Positions 56,973 through 64,000 of a stretch of 64,000 bases of DNA are shown here, one piece after another. The DNA lies in contig JABVCE010000002.1 of assembly GCA_014905635.1 (NCBI GenBank), positions 1,178,001 to 1,242,000 of the forward strand, given 5' to 3'. The notes beneath the pieces are model-generated. The model saw only the letters and a program-made list of their open reading frames with translations, was not told the origin of the DNA and did no database searches. The DNA comes from Scenedesmus sp. PABB004 (lineage: Eukaryota). Every line of letters starts with the position of its first letter. Within the stretch, counting starts at the first letter, position 1. The translations under genes and the position numbers were made by a program.

Positions 56973-59900
56973 TCAGAACGGCATCACGTGCACCGTCGCG
57001 CTCTGCGTCACGACGTGCGCGCTGAGCCGCGCCGACGCGACGCGCACCGCCGGCAGCGGCAGCTGGCCCGACGCGTGCGCCACGAGCGTCCACGCCAGGC
57101 TGTGGCTGTCCTTGGGCATGATGCTGAGCGCCTGCTGCTTGTCGCCCGAGAACACAAACCCCTGCGCCTCCGCCACCGACACCGACACCTCCTGCGGCTG
57201 CGTGGTCAGGTTGTGCATCTGCCGGCGGCGGCGGCAGGCGAGCGCGGGAGGCGACGGCAGGCGAGGGCGTCGGCGCGCGGGCCGGCCGGCGGCGTGCGCC
57301 GCGCGCGCGAGTCTCCGCGGCGGCGCCGCCGCCGCGCCCCCGGCCCGCGCGCCTGCAGCGTGAATGGGAACGCGACGCCGGCCGTCGCGCGGTGCGGCGC
57401 GACCACGCGCACGCCGAGCAGGCTCTCGCGGACCACAACCTGCGGCAGCTCGAGCTCGCTCGTCACCTCGTCGGGCGGCGCCGCGCCGACGGCCAGCGCC
57501 GGCTGCTCCGACGCGTTCGCGCCCTGCCCTGCGGCCGCGGGCACGCGCCGCCGCCAGCGCAGCCGCAGGGTGCCCATGCTGACGGGCGCGCCGACGTGGG
57601 CGGTCGGCACGAGCTGCAGGAGCAGGCTGTGAACGCTGCCCGCGGCGAGGGGCAGGGGCTGGCCGCCGAGCTGGTCTGACAGCTTGTTGATGAGCTGCAC
57701 GCGCGGGCGGCAGGCGGTCGGTGAGGGACGCGCGCGCAGCCGCACGGCGGGGCGGGCCGGGCCGCCGCGAGCGCACCTGCAGGCCGGCGCCCTGCTGCAG
57801 CTCGAGCTGCGCGTCCAGAAGCAGCAGCTCCGCGTCGTGCAGCGCGCGCACCAGCACCGTCGCCAGCACCGCCTGGCCGACCACGAGCGGCACGCCGCCC
57901 GCGGCGCCCACCGCCTCGGCCGCCGCGTCGCCGGCGTCGGTGTTGACCGCCGCGTACGCGCGCGACGGCGCGACCAGCGTGTGGCTGTTCGGCTCCGCCG
58001 CCAGCCGCGTCACGTGCTCAAACGGCTCCACAAACGCCAGCTCCGCGCTCGCTGCCACGGGCGCGGGGCAGGCCAGCGCCGCGGCGAGGCGGAAGCTGCT
58101 CGCCAGCGGCGACCGCACCCACAGGCGCTGCACGAGGCAGCCGCCCGCCGGCAGCGGCGGCAGCTGCAGCGTGTGGCCCTCCGCCGGCAGCGTGTGCAGC
58201 TTGCCGTCCGGCAGCGCCGTCAGCAGCGTGGCCTGGCCAGGCGTGGCGCCCATCGCCGAGCGCAGCGACAGCTCCAGGCTGGCCGAGGGCTGCGCCGCCG
58301 CCACGGTGACGCGCACCTCCAGCGGCACAAACTCGCCGACCAGCTGCAGCCCCGGCGCCGACACCTCGAGCCGCGGCAGGCGCCCCACGTGCTGCACCCT
58401 GGCGAGCCAGCAGCCCTGCTTCACGCACTGCCGCGCGGCAAACGGCGCGTCGCCGCCGGGCAGGCTGGCGCGGCCCAGCGCGGGCCGGCCTGGCGGAAAC
58501 GAGGTGAGCGCGAAGCTCACGCTGCAGTGCTCGCTGAGCTGCAGCACCAGCTGCTCCGCGCACACGCTGCCCACGCAGCGCGGCGCGAGCACGGCGTGCA
58601 GCTGCTGCCAGCGGTGCGGCTGCAGCTGCAGCGGCCACGCCACCGGCGGCTGCCCGTTGTCCGTGAGCTGCAGCGCGCCCAGCCCGGCGGCGGCGGCCGC
58701 TGCCGCCGCGCCAGGGCTCTGCTGCGGCCCGCCGCCGCTGGCGTCGCCGTCGCCCTCTGGCGGCGGCGGCCCCCGCCCAGCGGCCAGGGGCACCGTCCAG
58801 CTGCCCTGGCCATCCGAAAGCGCCACGCTGGCGCCCATCAGCGGCAGTGGCACCGGCAGGTGGCTGTGCAGCGCGAAGCACAGCTGCAGCTGCGCCGGGT
58901 CCTGCGCGTGTGCGACAAAGCCGCCGGCCACCGTGAGCACGCGCCACCAGCCAAAGTCCTGCTGCTGCCACCTGGGGGGCGAGCGGAGGCGGCGGAAGCG
59001 GAGGCGGCAGGTGCGGAGTCGGCGCACCGCCTGGCACCGCAGCCAGCCGCCGCGCCGTCCACCCCCTCGCGCGCGCCGCTCACTGCAGCAGCGCCTCGGC
59101 CACCGCGTTGGGCCGCGCGCCGTCCTCCCGCTGCGCGAGCTGCTGCAGTGCCGCCGCGAGGTCCAGCTGCTGCACCACGTACGCCCAGCCGCCGGCGGCG
59201 CTCTGCGGGCCCTGCGCGCCTGGCGCGCTGCCGGCGGCCCCCGGGCTCGCGGGCAGGGGCGGGCTGGCGGCGCCGCCGCCTGCCTTGATGATGCCGCTGC
59301 GCGGCGCGCCCGCCGCGCCCGCCAGCAGCCCCGCGAGCGCGGCGGTGGCGAGCGCCGCCGCCTGGTCGTGGTCCGCCAGCGCGTGGCTGGGCGCCACGCT
59401 CGCGCCGCCTGGCGGCGCGAGCGCGTCGGCCAGGCACGCCACCTCAAGCGAGTGCAGCAGCGCCTCGCGGTGCAGCTTGAGGCGCTGGCAGACGTCGCGC
59501 AGCTGCAGCAGGCAGTGGAGCAGGGGCACGTCCCAGCCGTCCCTGCGCGGGCGGCGCGGCGGGGTGGTGGATGCCGGGCCAATTCGGCGCCGCGCGCGCC
59601 GCCGCCCCCGCCACCGCCACCGCCGCCGCCGCCGCCCAACGCCGCACGCACCGCCGGTACGTGTGCACCGCCTGCAGCAGCAGCTTGCGCGCGGCGGTGA
59701 GGTTCTGGCTGTCCACCTGCTGCTCCGCCATCAGCCACGCGAGCCGCGCCTGCAGCCGGTCGGCGGGGCCGCGCGCGCCGCCGCGCGCGCCGCCGTCGGG
59801 CGCGGCGCCGGGCGGCGCGCCGCGCTTGAGGTGGGCCGCCTGCGCGGCGAGCAGCAGCTCCATGACTGCCTGGCTGTGGTTGAGCCGCCGCTCCTCAGCC

Positions 59901-60802
59901 TCCAGGTACAGGCAGAACTGGTCGTCGGTCAGGTCCCCGCCCGGGCCGGGCGCGCCGTCGGCGCGCTTCAGCTCGACCTGGCCCAAGTAGCGCCCCTTGC
60001 GCACGGACGACGCGTCAAACGGCGGCGGCGCGTCGCCGCGCAGCTGCGAGAGCTGGTCGGCCGCCGCCTTGCGCGACAGCGCCAGCTGCGCCGCCGACAT
60101 GAGCAGGTGGGTGGGGGACACGTCCTTGTTGGCCTGCGGCAGCGCGTGAGATACGGCGGTCGGCGCGCGCCGGCGGGACGCGCGGCTGTCGCCGCTGCCG
60201 CCGCCGCCGCCGCTGCCGGCCAGCGCGACAGAGCGCCGCGCGGCGGGCCCCGCACCTGCAGCGTCGCCTCGTCAACGCGGGCCATGGCCACCATCTCTGC
60301 CGCGCACTGGTACTGCCGCGCCAGCCAGCCGTAGTGCGCCGCCGCGGCCGGCAGGGGCAGGCCCTCTGCGCGTGCGCGCGGCCTCGGCCGCGTCGCGGCG
60401 GTCGGGCCCCCGCCGCGCGCCGCGCGCGCCGCGGCGGCCGCGCCCGCGGCGCGCCCGCAGCGTGCGCGCACCTGGCAGCGGCCCAAACGTCGCGAGGTGG
60501 CGCCGCAGCTGGGCGATGGCCTCCGCAAAGCGCGCCTGGTGCAGCAGGAGCATCATGGCCTTGAAGTGCGCCACCTCGGCTACAGCGACGACCTCGGCGT
60601 GCCGCTGCGCGCTCGCGGCCGGCCGGCCGAGCGACACGCCCGCCAGCGCCGCGACCGAGGCCTGGTACGAGGTGACCGCCGCCAGCCAGTCCTGGCGGAA
60701 CTCCGCCAGCGCGGCCAGCTGGCGCGGCGCGCAGCCGGCGGCGCGGCGGGGTGGGGTGAGCAGGGCGGCTGGGGCGGGCGGCGCCGCGGCGGCGCGCGCG
60801 GG

Positions 60803-60888
<86 letters not shown>

Positions 60889-61935
60889 CGCCGCCGCCGC
60901 CGCCGCCGCCGTGGGCGTACCTCACCTTGAACGCCGTGGCCGCGTTGACCTCGGGCGGCGAGGCGCCGAGCGAGGCGGTGAGGTCCAGCTGCTTCTGCCG
61001 CAGCCGCGCCGCGGCGGCCGCGTAGTACGCGGCGGCCGCCTCAGTCACGAGCTGCCCCAGCGGCCGCAGCTCCGCGTCCTGGTGCTGCGCGCGCGCCTCG
61101 GGCGAGAGCGCGGGGTCGAAGCACTGCCGACTGACCAGCACCATGTGCCTGCGCGCGCGCCGCCGCCGCGGGCGGGCGGGCGCCGTCGGCGCGGCCAGGC
61201 GGCGCGGCGGGGCGGGGGCGGGCGCCAACGGCGGCGGCCGCGCGTGGCGGCCCCGCGCGCGCCGCCCCACCTGGCCTCCAGGTCCAGGTTGCTGGCCAGC
61301 CCCGCCACGCGGTCGGGCGGCAGCTCGGACAGCAGCGGGCCCTCCTGCACGACCGCCAGCAGCAGCGCGACGCCGCGGTGGCTGCCGGCCGCGCGCAGCG
61401 CGCGCAGCCCCGCGAGCATGCGCATCCAGGCGCTGGGGTCGCCCTCGACATCGCCCCTGCGCGGCGCGCGCGGCAGGCCGGCGGGAGGGTGGGGCCGGTG
61501 CGGCGGCCGCCGCCGCGCGCCTCGCAGCGCGCCCTGCAGCGCGCGGGCACACGCTCGCCGGCACCTGGCCACAAACGCGACCGCGACCGCCGCCCGTCGC
61601 TGCCGCTGCTTCGCAAACCACTCCGCCTTGAGGATGCCGTCCGGCGTGCTGAAGGGCTTGGGCTGCCTCCTGGTGCCTGCTCGGCCGGCGGCGGGCGGCG
61701 GCGGCCGATCCATCGGCGGCGAGCGCGCGCCCGCGCTGCCGCGCGCGCCGCCGGCGCCCGCACCGAACAGGCGGGCCAGCAGCTGCTCCGACGGCTCCGC
61801 CAGGCCGACTGTGAAGAAGGGCGGGCGCACGGTGGCGTTGAAGAAGGCGCCCACGTCCTTGTGCAGCTCCGGGAGGCCCACGAACGCCACGACCGGCAGC
61901 GGCGGCGTGCGCAGCTCCGCCGGCAGCGCCTGCAT
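56973..61935 (-). CDS. TRAPPC11: Trafficking protein particle complex subunit 11 (foie gras/gryzun)
   Basis: PAELRTPPLPVVAFVG, GILKAEWFAK, FK|LAALAEFRQDW..A..SY, WLARQY, YRRDGW, C-terminal FVFSG...AHASGQLPLP. Confidence 0.9.
60803..60910. repeat. (GCC)n microsatellite, about 36 units, in a TRAPPC11 intron
   Basis: Near-perfect gcc run with one gtc interruption. Confidence 0.9.
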
Positions 61936-62328
61936 CCTGGCGTCTGCGCCACCTGCACTGCGTACTGCTGGCCGGCGGTCCGCGCCCGGCCTGGCGATCG
62001 CGCCGCGCGGCGCAGCAGCAGCGGTTGGCGGCGCGCGGGCGCGGCCCGCCGCGGGCGTCGGCGGCGGGCGGGGACCGGGGCCGACTGTCGGCCTTGCCTC
62101 CGTGTACCAGCGGGAGCGGCCGGGGAGCTGCTGGCGGTTGGCAAAAGCAGCGGTCACTCGTCGCCAAACCCCGCCAGCCCCGCCGCCGCTGCTCCAGTGC
62201 TCGACGACGCCCCCCGTTTCCACGCAGTAGCGAATCAGTGCCCTCTGCTCGCCACGCACGTGCACACGCCGCACACACACTGCGACGCACGACAGCAGGA
62301 GCGGCGTGTGCAGCAGCGCCGCACCGCG

Positions 62329-64000
62329 ATGCTCGCCGCCCTGGCGGCGGGCGGCCTGGCCAGCCCGCCCGGCGTGCTGGCGCCGCTGGCCGCCGTCGCC
62401 TGGAGGCAGCTCGGGCCCTGCGTCAGAGCGGCGGCGCAGGTGTGGCCGGCCGGCCGCGCGCTGCTGGCGCCAGCGCGGACGCAGCGCTGGCCGCCGCCGC
62501 CGCCGCCGCCGCCGCGCCCACGACCAGCCCACCACTGCCGCCGCTGCCGCTGCGGCCGCCGCCGCCGCCGCCGGCCAGGCGCGGCAGCGCAGCACCAGCA
62601 CAAGCGCGCCGCCTGTTGCTGGCAGCCCCGCCAGCAGCTCGCCGCCGCGCGCGCCGCTGGACTTTGATGACTATCGGTCCATCTTTTCCATGCGCTCCAC
62701 CGGCGAGCTGCTCCGCATGTACGGCGTGCTCCAGGTGCGCCGCTCGCTCGCCGCCGCGCGCACGCGCCGCCGCACGCGCGCCCGGCAGCGCGCCGGCGCC
62801 GCGCGCCAGGCGCAGCGCGCCAGGCGACGCGCGCCCCGCGCCCGGCGTGCTCCAGGTGTGCTCGATCACGCCGCTCGTGCGCAACGCCGACGCGCTCGTG
62901 CGCGCGAGCCGGCGCGTCCTCGGCGACGCCGTGACGTTTGGGGTGATGCGGCACACGTTCATGGCGCAGTTCTGCGCGGGCGAGGCCGAGGCGGACCTCT
63001 GGCCCACAATCGCGATGCTGCGCGCTTCCGGCATCGGGGCAATCATCGATTTCGCGGCGGAGGACGACGTCGCCGCGGCGCCGGCGCCGGCGGCGCCGCC
63101 GCCGCCTCCGGGCGGCGCGGCCGCGCCCGGCGCGCCGGGCGCGCCCGCGGGCGGCGTCGCGGTGGGGCGCACGTACAGCTACGAGGGCGAGGCGGTCTGC
63201 GACAAGCACGTGGACATCTTCCTGAAGGCCATCGACACCGTGGCCAAGCTGCCGGGGACGGGCTTCGCTGCTATCAAGGCACGTGCGGTGTCGCTGGCGT
63301 CACGCCGCGGCAGCGCGCTGGTGGGGGCCGGGGCCGGGCCGGCCGCGCGACGCCGCCGCGGCCGCGCGCCGCCGCCGCCCCGCGCAGGTCACGGCGCTGG
63401 GCAATCCGCTGCTGCTCGAGCGCATGTCGGGCGCGCTGCTGGAGATCCGGCGCCTCTTCAGGGAGGCCGACGCCGACGGTGCGACGCGGCTGCGCGCCCG
63501 GCCGGGGCCCGCGCTGCGCCCGCGCTGCGCCCCAACCCGCACCCCCTCCCCCGGCCCGCCCGCCAGGCGACGGCTTTGTTGACCGGCGTGAGTTTGGCGT
63601 GCTGTACGAGCAGCTCTTCCCTGGCGCGCCGCCCGACGTCGTGGACGCCGCGTTTGCGACGCTCGACCTCGAGGCCGCGGGGCGCGTCGACATCGTGAGC
63701 TGGTCGCACCGCATCCGCCTCGCTGACATGCCAGCCATGGTGCAGCGCATCCGCGACGCCGGTGCGCGCACGTTCACCCACACACACCCGGCGCGGCGGG
63801 GAGAGGGAGGGGCTCACACACCCGGGCGCGGCGCGGCCTGACCGCAGCCGGCCGATTGCCCCGCGCGCCGCCGCCCGGCCGCGCGCGCGCGCGCGCCGCA
63901 GGCACGCAAACGCGGCTGTCGGACGAGCTCGTGTCGGTCGCGCTCACCGCGGAGGAGGTTGGCCTCGTTGAGTCGCTGCTCTCGCGCGTGGGCGTGCTCG
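62329..64000 (+). CDS. PRODH: Proline dehydrogenase, mitochondrial, with EF-hand insertion (3' truncated by window edge)
   Basis: RSTGELLR, HTFMAQFCAGE, GIGAIIDFAAED, FAAIK|VTALGNP. EF-hand-like DADGDGFVDRREF. Confidence 0.93.

Noticed and set aside
1..64000. Hundreds of long Ala/Arg/Gly/Pro-rich ORFs in the six-frame track, including antisense ORFs over real genes
   Set aside because: Stop codons are rare at this GC content; these ORFs lack motifs and run through introns.
1..64000. Bacterial origin or operon (hisD, trpC, nifS, pyc)
   Set aside because: The genes have spliceosomal introns and transit peptides and sit among eukaryote-specific genes (TRAPPC11, RAD18, LSD1).

Overview
Very GC-rich, intron-rich, gene-dense eukaryotic nuclear DNA. 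The gene content, plastid/mitochondrial transit peptides, TGTAA poly(A) signals and frequent GC-AG introns point to a chlorophyte green alga; Sphaeropleales/Selenastraceae (Raphidocelis/Monoraphidium-like) is my inference. I can reconstruct about 20 spliced protein genes: HisD, cysteine desulfurase/Sec-lyase, a triple-pentraxin receptor, CGFS glutaredoxin, mTERF-like, CDC123, FAD oxidase, uS4m-like fragment, FkbM methyltransferase, GT-A glycosyltransferase, LSD1-like demethylase, NCoR-like SANT protein, copper amine oxidase, a secreted Cys-rich protein, pyruvate carboxylase, TrpC, NSUN-like, RAD18, TRAPPC11 and proline dehydrogenase. Most ORFs in the supplied track are GC-driven artefacts. The most striking structure is a ~2.9 kb palindrome (24964-27849). 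Each of its ~970 bp arms carries a tRNA-Ser(GCT) gene, and its spacer is a ~99% identical, intron-containing copy of the nearby FkbM gene. It sits between divergently transcribed LSD1-like and NCoR-like chromatin genes. Other notable items are a complete non-autonomous hAT-type element (15 bp TIR, 8 bp TSD), an NSUN homologue that lacks its catalytic Cys, and a candidate C-terminal half of a split mitoribosomal uS4m. CDS coordinates are gene spans (start to stop, introns included), read by eye.
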